From a virus, in IMG/VR virus record IMGVR_UViG_3300013212_000072, positions 17,299 to 81,298 of that record: 64,000 bases of DNA; one strand, 5' to 3'. Each line of letters starts with the position of its first letter. Position 1 is the stretch's first letter. Shown here one piece after another: positions 49,952 to 60,011 of the stretch. Under the pieces are notes generated by a model. It had not been told where the DNA came from. It worked only from the letters and a program-made list of their open reading frames with translations, and did no database searches. The position numbers and the translations under genes are program-made.

Positions 49952-52339
49952 ATGCCAATTATTCTTAAACATATAAACACTTTAGATTCCGACAGTATTA
50001 AACTTGATGATGTCAATTATAATTTTGATCAACTTGTTGCAAATGGCGGAGGACCCCGAGGCCCTCAAGGTCCTATTGGAGAAACTGGAACTCAAGGTAC
50101 TTCCGGAAAGGAGGGAGTTCAAGGACCTATAGGAGATACTGGATTTCAAGGAACTCAAGGTGCTGTTTCTGATAACTATTGGAAAAAAATAAATTCAGGG
50201 GTAATTGAAGCCGAAACTTTAATTCCTATTCATACAACGGGCGACCAGTTTGCTCCGGTAATAAAAATTGGATATGTTGAAACTGACCTGGAATATGGAG
50301 AAAAACTACAATTAGTCGGAGGAAAAACTCCGTATCAATGGAATATTAATAGAAGACCTTATTCTTCTTCAAATTTACAATTCTTAAATAGCGCGGTTTT
50401 TGGAAAGCAATATGATTTTCAATTAAAAGCTATAAGTAAAAAGAATCAAATGACAATAGGGTTTTTAGACCCTACAAACTCAACAAGTATTTATATTTCT
50501 GAAGGTGTCAGTTTTAAAAGTTCAAATTCTATTAGATCTGCTGATAGCTTATATGTTTCTTCGAGTGAATCATTCTTTAAAAATGCTACAGTTTTTAATT
50601 CACCTGCTGTTATAAAAGATAATTTAATTATTGAAAATGCACTTGCAGATACTGATAAAGTTGCTATTTGCAGTAATGATACAGGTCTTGTTAAATTTAA
50701 AAGTATACAAGAAATTGAAGGAACAGTTCCCTTTGGAACTATAATTTCGATAATGCCTTCTATATTTTCAGAAAATGGTAATTTTATTAATAGTGAAACT
50801 GTTGTGCCAGATAATGATTTTCCACTACAGCTTTCTGTCGGTAAAGGGGTCGGATCTTACGCAGGATGGTATCTTTGCAATGGAAAAGAATGGACTAATG
50901 GGGTTGATAGTTATCAAGTTCCCTCACTAGGACAATTTAATTATACAATTGATGATAATAGTTTTACAGCAACATCAAATAGTCAAGGTGGTGCATCATC
51001 TTCTCCTTCTTTGCCTATACATATTACAGGAGGATCAGATATAGATATGACAGCGACGTCACAATCAATTTCAGTTTATAATGTCACATCTACAGTAAGT
51101 ACCTCTAGCGTTAATGCTAGTGCTAGTACTGGAACGACTTTTAGAATTAAACAATTACCACAGATTATTTATTTAAACGATGCTGATTTATATTGGTCCG
51201 ACGCGGGAACAGGACAAAATCCTGCAGTTCCATTAACGTTTTTATTAGATGATACAAATACAACTGCGTCAAAATTAAGTCCAGACCCTTATACTTTTAA
51301 AAATATAACTAATCAAGGCGAAGGTGATTCCTATACATTTACAACAACTATCACCGCGCCACTTGGGTATTATTGGCTGACTCCTCCGGATCCAGAAGAT
51401 ATTACTGGATTACCAGGATATGCAACAATTACAGGTATAACTCTAGGTCCTGGAACAAAACCAACAACAATTAATGTGTCTGTTAGCATTGTTGGTCATC
51501 CATCAACTACAACAGTATCAACTTTAAATATTAATACAACCCCATTTATTATTTCATTTTCTACGGAAATAACGTTAAATAGGCATGATGGTATAACTCC
51601 AGTTGTTAAATATTCATATGATACCCCTGAATCAACTCCTATTCAATATAATTTTGTTACAGGATATACGTTTCAACTTGTGCTTACTGCTAACGCAGGA
51701 TATACATTTAAACCTAGTCAATTTCAAGGAATATTTGGACTAATCTCGTATGATGGAGGGTTGCTTTGGTCTCCGCCTGCAGGGGGAGGAACCATAACTA
51801 TTATAGATTATGCTCTATCTAATGCTGGTACAACACTAACAATTAATCTTAGTTTGACTGGAGTTCCTTTAACTGGATATTTAACAACACAAGGATATAC
51901 TATATTTATAGATACTTACAATACTCTTCCTAGTATATCTTATAAATCTGAAGATTTTATAACCATTACTAGAGATGGTAATGGACAAGGATTTGTAAGT
52001 GAAGACATGTATATATCAAATAACACGTCTTCAACCGTTTATATATTTATAGGCATACAACAATACCTAGGACCTCTTTTAATACCGGTATCATCTACTA
52101 TTTCCGCAGGTTACTATACTCTTAATATAATTGGGTTTGTACAAGACTCTGTGTCAGTTACCGCACAAACTGCAACTAATACATATTATAGCCCTACATC
52201 GATTACAGTATTACCAGGAGAAACTTTATATGGAACTTTTTATAGAAATGCAACATCAGATAACGCACACAGCGTATCAATGTATTGGTCTAGCACACCA
52301 ACGGGAATAACAAAAACATTATTAACATACATACCATGA
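49952..52339 (+). CDS. Long tail fibre paralogue (collagen + collar + C-terminal beta-sandwich domains)
   Basis: VNYNFDQL; GPQG repeats; VPFGTII...GWYLCNGKEW; T/S-rich C-terminus. Confidence 0.7.
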   Translation: MPIILKHINTLDSDSIKLDDVNYNFDQLVANGGGPRGPQGPIGETGTQGTSGKEGVQGPIGDTGFQGTQGAVSDNYWKKINSGVIEAETLIPIHTTGDQFAPVIKIGYVETDLEYGEKLQLVGGKTPYQWNINRRPYSSSNLQFLNSAVFGKQYDFQLKAISKKNQMTIGFLDPTNSTSIYISEGVSFKSSNSIRSADSLYVSSSESFFKNATVFNSPAVIKDNLIIENALADTDKVAICSNDTGLVKFKSIQEIEGTVPFGTIISIMPSIFSENGNFINSETVVPDNDFPLQLSVGKGVGSYAGWYLCNGKEWTNGVDSYQVPSLGQFNYTIDDNSFTATSNSQGGASSSPSLPIHITGGSDIDMTATSQSISVYNVTSTVSTSSVNASASTGTTFRIKQLPQIIYLNDADLYWSDAGTGQNPAVPLTFLLDDTNTTASKLSPDPYTFKNITNQGEGDSYTFTTTITAPLGYYWLTPPDPEDITGLPGYATITGITLGPGTKPTTINVSVSIVGHPSTTTVSTLNINTTPFIISFSTEITLNRHDGITPVVKYSYDTPESTPIQYNFVTGYTFQLVLTANAGYTFKPSQFQGIFGLISYDGGLLWSPPAGGGTITIIDYALSNAGTTLTINLSLTGVPLTGYLTTQGYTIFIDTYNTLPSISYKSEDFITITRDGNGQGFVSEDMYISNNTSSTVYIFIGIQQYLGPLLIPVSSTISAGYYTLNIIGFVQDSVSVTAQTATNTYYSPTSITVLPGETLYGTFYRNATSDNAHSVSMYWSSTPTGITKTLLTYIP

Positions 52340-53148
52340 TAGATTTTAAAAAATACATTCCGACAAACTGGAACACTATCCAATTTATAGTCCTAGCGGT
52401 GCTTGTTTTATTATTAACATATCAATGTGATAGAAATTCAACCCTTAAACAGGACGCTGAAAATGCGCAAAAGGTTGCAACCCGAAATTATAACAATCTT
52501 AAAGCCTCTCAAGATACTATTAAATTTGAAAGAAATAAGAATGGGGAATTAGTAGCAATTAAATTAGCATATGAGTTTGATATAAATACTCTAACCTCTG
52601 AAAATAAAAAGGTTATTGCAGAGTATCAAAAATCTTTGGGTCTCAATAAAGACCTTAAAGGGGTAAATTCACTCTTAAGAGCCGAAATTAAATTAAAAGA
52701 TTCTATTATTAATGCCCAAAGTTCAGTGACACAAAAAACTGATTCAACTGCTACGATATCGATTAGTGATGAAAAAAATTGGGATAAATATAATTGGAGG
52801 AAGTTCAATGCGACTATTGATATTTTAAGAAATAAAAAGACTAACAATATCTCAGTTGTTTCAAATAAATTTAACTTTGAACAAGGAATTGAACTTAAGG
52901 CTGCAATTATAAATGAAGATGGTGTTAACAAATTAAAAATTACATCAACATCTCCTGGATTATTATTTACTAATATTGAAAATATTAATTTAGTTAATGA
53001 CAAATTGAATCAAAAACTTGAAAAATCAGGATGGTCACTTGGGGTTGGGGTTGGTTATGGAATCAACCTAAATAATAATCAAGTTGTTGGTATTGGACCA
53101 TCGATAAATGTAGGACTTATATGGTCTCCAAAATGGCTTAGGTTTTAA
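52336..53148 (+). CDS. Membrane-anchored coiled-coil protein (spanin/lysis-like candidate)
   Basis: N-terminal TM followed by YQC, coiled coil, C-terminal GVGVGYG...VGL.W beta-hairpin. Confidence 0.45.
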   Translation: MIDFKKYIPTNWNTIQFIVLAVLVLLLTYQCDRNSTLKQDAENAQKVATRNYNNLKASQDTIKFERNKNGELVAIKLAYEFDINTLTSENKKVIAEYQKSLGLNKDLKGVNSLLRAEIKLKDSIINAQSSVTQKTDSTATISISDEKNWDKYNWRKFNATIDILRNKKTNNISVVSNKFNFEQGIELKAAIINEDGVNKLKITSTSPGLLFTNIENINLVNDKLNQKLEKSGWSLGVGVGYGINLNNNQVVGIGPSINVGLIWSPKWLRF

Positions 53149-53162
53149 AAAATTATAGAGTA

Positions 53163-55229
53163 ATGGCAAAATCATCAAGATTCGTTAAATTAGACGACGA
53201 CGTATTATTAGAATTCATGTATCATGACCAATCAACACCTGATTTGGTCAGAATCGAAAATGACAATAATGGAAGTCAAATTAAATATTTAGATGTAGTT
53301 GCTGAAGATGCTAGCGGATCAAGGTTTTTAATACATGAACTTGGAGCATCTGTTGTAGAATTTACAGTGGAGACTTCAAATGAATTTGTTGTTATTAATA
53401 ATTTTGCTTCTAGAATGTTATTGCTAAAAAATGGAAGTACTTATAAATTTGATTTAAGTGATATTACTATTAATAATCTAGCAGGATTTAATATTCCAGG
53501 AGGAAATGGTTATTTAGATGGAACTACATATATCTATACACCAACAACTAATGGTAAATATTCTTATGAATATACAAATTTAGCAGGTGCTGGATTTATT
53601 GGAGGAGAAATTCAAGTTTCAGATCGTGCAAGTTCCCTATTTTCAATTCCATTAGCAGACACTGGAAATGATATTAGAACCGGAGCAGGACAATCTGGAA
53701 GATATTACGCAGTTCCTACTCAAGAAGCAGGAACATGGGCACTTCTTGAAAATGAATTAAACTACTTAGATTCTACTGAATGGACTGGAACAATTAAAAA
53801 TGATTTTGGAGTAGTTTCTGATACAATCGTTCCATCAGTATTATATGACACTATTAGATTACATTTAAGAACTGGATATTCTTTTAGCGGTAGAGGTTAC
53901 GATGGATTCCTATTTCAAACAAAAGTTAAAAGAAATTCTGGAGTCTATAATTATTTTAATTCAACCGTTTATTTAAACTATTCAAATTTTGAAATTCAAA
54001 ACCCAAATCCATTTATATTAGGAGAATCTTCGTATTCTAAATATATTGAAATAAAGGTTCCTTCATTAGTTGAAATGTTTGGATCCGGTACAACTCAAAA
54101 TCAATTATTTAAAAATACATTCTTTGGAGTATCTGGAGATGATTCAATTCCAACAACTGCAAACTATGAATTCGATTTTAAATTAATTGATAGCGTAGTT
54201 ACTCTTGGAGGTTATGAGTATATTAATATTGCTGAAGGAAAATCATTAACATTATCGCAAGAAGATGAGTATACTGATATTTCAGTTAATGTTGAGCATG
54301 CTACCGATGGAGATTATTTTAAAATCTATGGTACTTATAATGGAAATCAAGCTCTATTTGAAAATTATATAACCGGAAGAATTGCAACTTCTGGAGATGA
54401 CATTACTATATTCTACGAAGTTCAAGTTGCAGAACAACTGGGTCTTAATTATATTAATACCTTCAACAACACCTTTACACAAACTTCAAATTATGATGAG
54501 GCTATTGTATTCAGACCGGTTATTATGAACTCCTCGGTTTCAAGTAACTTCTTAATATCGATTAATATGAGAATTTATAATGAAACTGATAATACTCAAA
54601 TCGTAAAGACAGCTTCTTTAATATATGTAGAACCAAAAAAATATGGAAAGAGACTATTAAAACTGGCTCTTAATTCTAATTTTGCGCCAAGCGTAGTTTA
54701 TAATACCTTACCAAATACAAGTGTTAATAGAGAACTTAATCAATTTGTAAATTCTATCCGCCCTAGTGTTGGAGAAACTAAATATGTTCCTGTTGCCCTT
54801 GATACTTATAGAATTATGGGAGGAAGTACTCAAGTAACAGTTGATGGCGCTGCAGTAAATGATATGACATCTATAGATTACAAAAAAGAAGGAGATGGAA
54901 TTATTACGCTTTCAAAGGTTTCTGATAATTATATTAAATTTAAAGTTGCACAACCCGACGGAGATTCGATGAAAAGTGTCAGTCTAGTTAATGCTGAAGA
55001 CCTGATACTTATTATTAAAAGTGGAACAATTGAACAACAAATATCTCACGACCCTAGTTTTCCAGGAGTCGACCTAGGAGTTGGAGAAGTTTTCTTTAAA
55101 GTACCAAAAAGTGTAGCAGTTCGATTTGACCAAAGTGATACAAATCAAAATGCAGACAAATTTTATATTAACATAAAAAATGGAAGTACTGAATCACTAC
55201 TGTACTACGGAAATGTAAACATCGTATAA
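53163..55229 (+). CDS. Virion structural protein
   Basis: Beta-rich; structural context. Confidence 0.5.
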   Translation: MAKSSRFVKLDDDVLLEFMYHDQSTPDLVRIENDNNGSQIKYLDVVAEDASGSRFLIHELGASVVEFTVETSNEFVVINNFASRMLLLKNGSTYKFDLSDITINNLAGFNIPGGNGYLDGTTYIYTPTTNGKYSYEYTNLAGAGFIGGEIQVSDRASSLFSIPLADTGNDIRTGAGQSGRYYAVPTQEAGTWALLENELNYLDSTEWTGTIKNDFGVVSDTIVPSVLYDTIRLHLRTGYSFSGRGYDGFLFQTKVKRNSGVYNYFNSTVYLNYSNFEIQNPNPFILGESSYSKYIEIKVPSLVEMFGSGTTQNQLFKNTFFGVSGDDSIPTTANYEFDFKLIDSVVTLGGYEYINIAEGKSLTLSQEDEYTDISVNVEHATDGDYFKIYGTYNGNQALFENYITGRIATSGDDITIFYEVQVAEQLGLNYINTFNNTFTQTSNYDEAIVFRPVIMNSSVSSNFLISINMRIYNETDNTQIVKTASLIYVEPKKYGKRLLKLALNSNFAPSVVYNTLPNTSVNRELNQFVNSIRPSVGETKYVPVALDTYRIMGGSTQVTVDGAAVNDMTSIDYKKEGDGIITLSKVSDNYIKFKVAQPDGDSMKSVSLVNAEDLILIIKSGTIEQQISHDPSFPGVDLGVGEVFFKVPKSVAVRFDQSDTNQNADKFYINIKNGSTESLLYYGNVNIV

Positions 55230-55780
55230 TGATATTAAATAGTAGAAATAATTTATTCAATTTTAAGTTTCCTAGGACTTTTATTCCTAAAGAGGTAGCT
55301 GACAAATATAAGAAGTATTTGAATAGAATGCCAGGTAATTTAATTACGGAACCTATAGATTTTATAAACTATTCAATTCAAGGCGTTGGTCTTCCAGGAA
55401 TCAGTTTTGACCCGATTGAAGTTTCACCGAATGATGGTACAATAACATATCACAGAGGTTCGATTCCAATACAAAATACTATCGATAGACAGTTTAAAGT
55501 AACGATGCAACTTCTAGACGGTTATATAAATTACTGGATTATGCAAGACACCCTGTTGTATTACTATTCAAAGGGTGTTAAAGAACCTTTTCTTAATGAT
55601 GTTAAGCTCCAGATAATGGATGCAGAAGGAATTCATTTGATGAGCGCTGTTTTTGAAAAACCAATACTTAATTCAATTTCAGACTTAGAATTAAATATGA
55701 GTTCAAATATCGCGGAATTTACAACTTTTGACTTGAATTTTTATTATAACAAATTTAATATAATATTAGAAATAGATTAA
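55229..55780 (+). CDS. Tail tube-fold protein (gp3/gp19-like)
   Basis: INYSIQGVGLPGISF; SISDLEL...FTTFDLNFYY. Confidence 0.55.
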   Translation: MILNSRNNLFNFKFPRTFIPKEVADKYKKYLNRMPGNLITEPIDFINYSIQGVGLPGISFDPIEVSPNDGTITYHRGSIPIQNTIDRQFKVTMQLLDGYINYWIMQDTLLYYYSKGVKEPFLNDVKLQIMDAEGIHLMSAVFEKPILNSISDLELNMSSNIAEFTTFDLNFYYNKFNIILEID

Positions 55781-55782
55781 AC

Positions 55783-56151
55783 ATGAAAACATTTTTAGAT
55801 TACATCACAGAACAAAACGTAACAGAGACAGAACTACAAGTATTAAATGAGTCCCTTCAAACTGAATGGACCGAAGAACTTGAAGCTAAAGTTGACGCAG
55901 CTTTGGAGCAATTTTCAAAGACATATAAAAATGAGGATGGAACTTATGATATTCAAGCGTTCAATGAAGAGATTACCAATGAAGGTATTTTAGGTAGTAT
56001 CTTTGGTGGACTTGCAGGTTTTGCACTTGGGAAAACTGTAGGTAAAACAATTGCAAATATCTTAGGAATCCAAAGTGGTATAATGTACGATATGTTAACC
56101 TCAAGACTAGTAGGAGCCGCTCTTGGTTCTTCTCTTGGTAGTAGAATCTAG
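55783..56151 (+). CDS. Capsid-targeting-like N-terminus + glycine-zipper protein
   Basis: MKTFLDYITE; ITNE|GILGSIFGGLAGFALG. Confidence 0.55.
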   Translation: MKTFLDYITEQNVTETELQVLNESLQTEWTEELEAKVDAALEQFSKTYKNEDGTYDIQAFNEEITNEGILGSIFGGLAGFALGKTVGKTIANILGIQSGIMYDMLTSRLVGAALGSSLGSRI

Positions 56152-56799
56152 ATGAATTTTGTAACAATTGACTTTTCTTTAAATTCTCCAGGTATTTGCA
56201 TCTTCGCAGGAGGCAAGTACTATTTTATTGGGTATTTAAAACCAAACACAGGAACTAAAGCCGAGCAAAAGCTTCAAGAGGAACTAAATATTCTTGCAGA
56301 TACTCAGATTACCCATCAACCAGACTGGACGAATAACGAAGCCTATTCGAAAAGCGAAATGATTAAAATCCAGAGGCACACTCAAACTGCGAATGACATT
56401 ATTAATATGATTATTGAAATTGCAGGCGATGAATCCCACTTTGTGATTGCTTTTGAAGGTTCCTCTTATGGTTCTTCCAGTGGAACTAATAATATTATTG
56501 ATATGGCGGCTGGAGCTGCAATCTTAAAGATGGAATTAATGTCGAGGCTTAAAGTTCAAGATATGATGACCATCGCACCTTCGACAATTAAGAAGTTCAT
56601 ACATAAAGGAAATATGAATAAAAGAGAAATATGGCCGTACTTTTTAGATTTTAAAGAAAATATTAATATTCCTTTAATTAATTTTTGTAATCAAAATATA
56701 GGAAATGATATTAAAAGTATACCTAAGCCGTTAGATGATTTAGTTGACGCGTTTTTTATGTTAAAATATGTTCTATCTATTTATAATAAAGATATATAA
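56152..56799 (+). CDS. RuvC-like Holliday junction resolvase
   Basis: TIDFSLNSPG, AFEG.SYG, APSTIKK, DDLVDA. Confidence 0.75.
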   Translation: MNFVTIDFSLNSPGICIFAGGKYYFIGYLKPNTGTKAEQKLQEELNILADTQITHQPDWTNNEAYSKSEMIKIQRHTQTANDIINMIIEIAGDESHFVIAFEGSSYGSSSGTNNIIDMAAGAAILKMELMSRLKVQDMMTIAPSTIKKFIHKGNMNKREIWPYFLDFKENINIPLINFCNQNIGNDIKSIPKPLDDLVDAFFMLKYVLSIYNKDI

Positions 56800-56895
56800 A
56801 CAAAATGATGTAAGGACATCGGGTTCGAAACCGCTTTAGCAATTAGTCTGTTAAATTACTTACATTATTTTATAAAAAATAGACTAATTATTAAA
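56791..56895 (+). promoter_or_regulatory. GATATATA plus two-stem leader
   Basis: Stem A 56802-56814/56859-56871; stem B 56841-56852/56878-56889. Confidence 0.65.
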
Positions 56896-57609
56896 ATGTA
56901 CCATTACATATACAGGGTACCCTCGTTGATTGAAAGTAAACATTACTATGGATTACGAAGTTCTAAAGTTGAACCTAAATTAGATTTAGGAATTAAATAC
57001 TTTACAAGTTCTACTGATTTAGAATTTAGAAATGATTTTATAAAAAATCCGCACAAATATAAATGTGTTATTGTTAGAAAATTTACATCTAGAAATGAAG
57101 CTGTGATATTTGAAATATTTTTACATAATAGATTTAATGTAAAGAACCATCCTTCTTTTTATAATAGATCAAATCAATCAGCAAAAGGATTTGATAGATC
57201 TGGAATTTTAACAAGTAAAGATACTAAAAAACTTATATCTAATTCTATAAAGGGTATTATTCGTTCCGAAGAAACTAAGAAAAAGATGTCAGAATCTAGA
57301 AAAGGATATATTATGCCAGTTTCTTCTAGAATAAAATTAAGTAACTCTAAAAAAGGCACTGCGCATTCCGAAGAAACTAAGAAAAAGATGTCTGATTCGA
57401 GTAAAGGTCAAATTATGTCTCCGGAAGCTAGAGATAAAATATCTAATGCTCTTTGTAATAAAGCAAAGACAAAAGAACATGCTCTTAATATCTCAAAATC
57501 TCTTATTGGTTTTAAATATAAAGAAAAAACCTGCGTACATTGTGGTCTTACCGGTAGAGGTGGGAACGTGTCTAGATTTCATTTTGATAATTGTAAAAAT
57601 AAGCAGTAA
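56896..57609 (+). CDS. GIY-YIG homing endonuclease, paralogue of 5981
   Basis: HYIYRV...KHYYGLRSS, DLGIKYF.SS, SEETKKKMS x2, CVHC...HFDNCK. Confidence 0.88.
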   Translation: MYHYIYRVPSLIESKHYYGLRSSKVEPKLDLGIKYFTSSTDLEFRNDFIKNPHKYKCVIVRKFTSRNEAVIFEIFLHNRFNVKNHPSFYNRSNQSAKGFDRSGILTSKDTKKLISNSIKGIIRSEETKKKMSESRKGYIMPVSSRIKLSNSKKGTAHSEETKKKMSDSSKGQIMSPEARDKISNALCNKAKTKEHALNISKSLIGFKYKEKTCVHCGLTGRGGNVSRFHFDNCKNKQ

Positions 57610-57698
57610 GGCCTTAAAATTTTAAGAGCTTAAATCATTTAGCCCGGACTCTATTTTACCCGGAGGCTTAAAGACTTTAGTTATATTCAACCTGTAAG

Positions 57699-57810
57699 TT
57701 TTTGTTTCAAGAATCTTAAAAAATATTTTAAGAAGGTAACTTTATGCCTTCAGGGACAGGTTTCCCTAATAAAAAAGATATATAATTCATATAGATTCTT
57801 GAAACAAAAA
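57699..57810. repeat. Perfect 18-bp inverted repeat carrying back-to-back promoter motifs
   Basis: tttttgtttcaagaatct 57699-57716 / agattcttgaaacaaaaa 57793-57810. Confidence 0.8.
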
Positions 57811-57900
57811 AGAAAGTTTCTATATAAATATCATAAGTAATTAAAGGGCCCTTAAGACTTATTAAATTAAAGTTTAAACAAAATTAAAGCAATTAAAGAC

Positions 57901-58824
57901 ATGGCAGAATTTGACATTTTTAATCTTGGCGTAAATGACGTCGACACACACGAAACCCAAGCTTCATCTGGAAGCGATCTTTACAAACCCACCGCAGATG
58001 ACGGTAAGGATGGAACTTATAAAGCAATGATTCGCTTTGTTCCAAACCCAACAAACCCACGAAATTCTTTAGTAAAAAAATACGTACATTGGCTAACAAA
58101 CGCTAATGGTGACGGTAAAATGGTAGACTCTCCATCGACTGTTGGAGCACCATGCCCTATCGCAGACGTATTCTTTAAACTACGTAAAAGCGACTCAGCG
58201 GTTGACCGTAAAATGAGTGATAAACTTAAAAGACGTGAGCAATACTTCGCACTTATTAAAATTATTAAAGACCCACAAAATCCTGAACTAGAAGGACAAT
58301 ACAAAGTTTTTAAATTTGGTTACAAAATCAAAGAGAAAATCGATGAAGAATTAAAACCAGCATTTGGTGAACCAACTCAAGTATTTGACCTATTCGCAGG
58401 TAAAAACTTCGAATTGATTATCACAAGACAAGGAGAATTTAACAACTACGATAAATCAAAATTCTCTTCAAAAACTTCACCAGTTGAAATTGATGGTAAA
58501 GGTGCAACACGTACTCCTGAATCAATGGGTGCTATTAAAGCAGAATTGGAAGCAGCTCCAAGTTTAGAGCCGTACGAATACAAAGTATGGGACGGAGAAA
58601 CTCTTGATTTTGTTAATTCTATTCTTAGAAATTACTTAAATCCTGGAAGTTCGATCGACTCAGTTGTTAATAAACCTGCGGCTAAAAAAGCCCCAGCAAA
58701 ATCTGAACCAGTTGCTGAAGATAATGATTTTGAATTTCCATCTGACATGGTAGGAAATCCAAACTCTACGAATGTAGATTCTTCTGACGACTTAGATTCA
58801 TTCTTGAACGACTTAGATATTTAA
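57901..58824 (+). CDS. Single-stranded DNA-binding protein, T4 gp32-like
   Basis: YKP..DG...AMIRFVP, CPI, IIKDP.NPELEG...FKFG.KI, FDLF.GKNF, NYDKSKF; acidic tail DDLDSFLNDLDI. Confidence 0.88.
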   Translation: MAEFDIFNLGVNDVDTHETQASSGSDLYKPTADDGKDGTYKAMIRFVPNPTNPRNSLVKKYVHWLTNANGDGKMVDSPSTVGAPCPIADVFFKLRKSDSAVDRKMSDKLKRREQYFALIKIIKDPQNPELEGQYKVFKFGYKIKEKIDEELKPAFGEPTQVFDLFAGKNFELIITRQGEFNNYDKSKFSSKTSPVEIDGKGATRTPESMGAIKAELEAAPSLEPYEYKVWDGETLDFVNSILRNYLNPGSSIDSVVNKPAAKKAPAKSEPVAEDNDFEFPSDMVGNPNSTNVDSSDDLDSFLNDLDI

Positions 58825-58845
58825 TCTAAGTTACTTTTATAAACT

Positions 58846-58875
58846 AAAGGGCTAATTAAACTTAGCCCTTTTTTC
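58846..58875 (+). terminator. Intrinsic terminator after SSB, overlapping the next promoter
   Basis: aaagggctaa 58846-58855 / ttagcccttt 58862-58871 plus T-run; aaac..N16..tataat. Confidence 0.7.
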
Positions 58876-58886
58876 TATATAATAAT

Positions 58887-60011
58887 ATGCAAAGTCAAAA
58901 AATCACAGAGGATTTAAAGATAAAAATCAGGAGCTTGGTTAAACAAGCAATTGTAAAAGCTCATCATGAGCCAAGCAAGCATATGATTAAAGAGATGCCG
59001 GGTAGAATTACTATGGCATGTCCCTATTGTGGTGACTCGACAACTGACCATAAAAAGAAGCGTGGTAACCTCTACTGGGACACCCTACAATTTCATTGTT
59101 TTAACTGTGGAGTCCATTCAAATGCATACCAATTATTAAAAGACCATCATGTAAAATTTCAAAGTACCGATGATTCTATACAGGTTATTGATTATATTCA
59201 AGAACATAAGATGGAAACCAACAAAATTGAGGTACTTGAACATGATGTTTTTAAATTAACATATGACATGGCTCCTACTCGAGTAGAACTTATGGAATGG
59301 TTTAAATTTAAAGAAGTCGAACCAGGAGACCCAGCATTTTTCTATCTTAAGAATCGATTGCTGTCCACACAGATGCGACGTTTCATGTATTCTCCTAAGG
59401 ATAAAAGAATTGTAGTACTCAATGTAGCTCCAAATGACAAAGTTATCGGGTTTCAAACTCGTTCAATCGACAAGCGTTCTAATTCTCGTTATTTAACTTA
59501 TGACCTTGAGAAGATGTATCAAGAGATTCAACGGGAGATTGTGCTGACTGATGAAGAATTGATTGGCGTTAAGAAACTTTCAACCTTATTTGGAGTAATG
59601 ACAGTTGACTTTGAACGTGAAGTTACGATGTTTGAAGGACCTATCGATGCAATGTTTATGCAAAACTCTATTGGATTAGCAACCGCAGGTCGTTCAACAT
59701 TAGAATTTGATGAGATACCTACGATTAGATACATGTTCGATAATGATACTACCGGTAAAAAGAAAATGATGGAAAAGATCCGAAGAGGCAAACAAATATT
59801 TACATGGGAGAAATTCTTTAAAGACACTAAAATCGACAAAGATTGGGAAAGTTTTTTGCAAAAATTAGACAAAGAAAAAAGGGATAAATATCCTAAACAA
59901 ATAGGTGATTTAAATGATTTAGTAATCGCGTCGTGGCTAACAAAAAATAAATGTTTAGCGCAGATTCAAAAGTATTTTACTAACTCCCGGCTAGATGCAT
60001 ATTACCTATGA
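58887..60011 (+). CDS. DNA primase, T4 gp61-like
   Basis: CPYCGDS...FHCFNCG zinc domain; YL..R; GFQ.R; EGPIDAMF; FDND TOPRIM. Confidence 0.85.
   Translation: MQSQKITEDLKIKIRSLVKQAIVKAHHEPSKHMIKEMPGRITMACPYCGDSTTDHKKKRGNLYWDTLQFHCFNCGVHSNAYQLLKDHHVKFQSTDDSIQVIDYIQEHKMETNKIEVLEHDVFKLTYDMAPTRVELMEWFKFKEVEPGDPAFFYLKNRLLSTQMRRFMYSPKDKRIVVLNVAPNDKVIGFQTRSIDKRSNSRYLTYDLEKMYQEIQREIVLTDEELIGVKKLSTLFGVMTVDFEREVTMFEGPIDAMFMQNSIGLATAGRSTLEFDEIPTIRYMFDNDTTGKKKMMEKIRRGKQIFTWEKFFKDTKIDKDWESFLQKLDKEKRDKYPKQIGDLNDLVIASWLTKNKCLAQIQKYFTNSRLDAYYL

Noticed and set aside
56815-56840. tRNA (GGTTCGAAACC T-loop-like)
   Set aside because: No acceptor, D or anticodon arms could be built; it lies in the loop of the endonuclease leader.
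57610-57700. Stranded RuvC-like 3' end after the fifth endonuclease
   Set aside because: All three forward frames were translated and none resembles the RuvC-like C-terminus.
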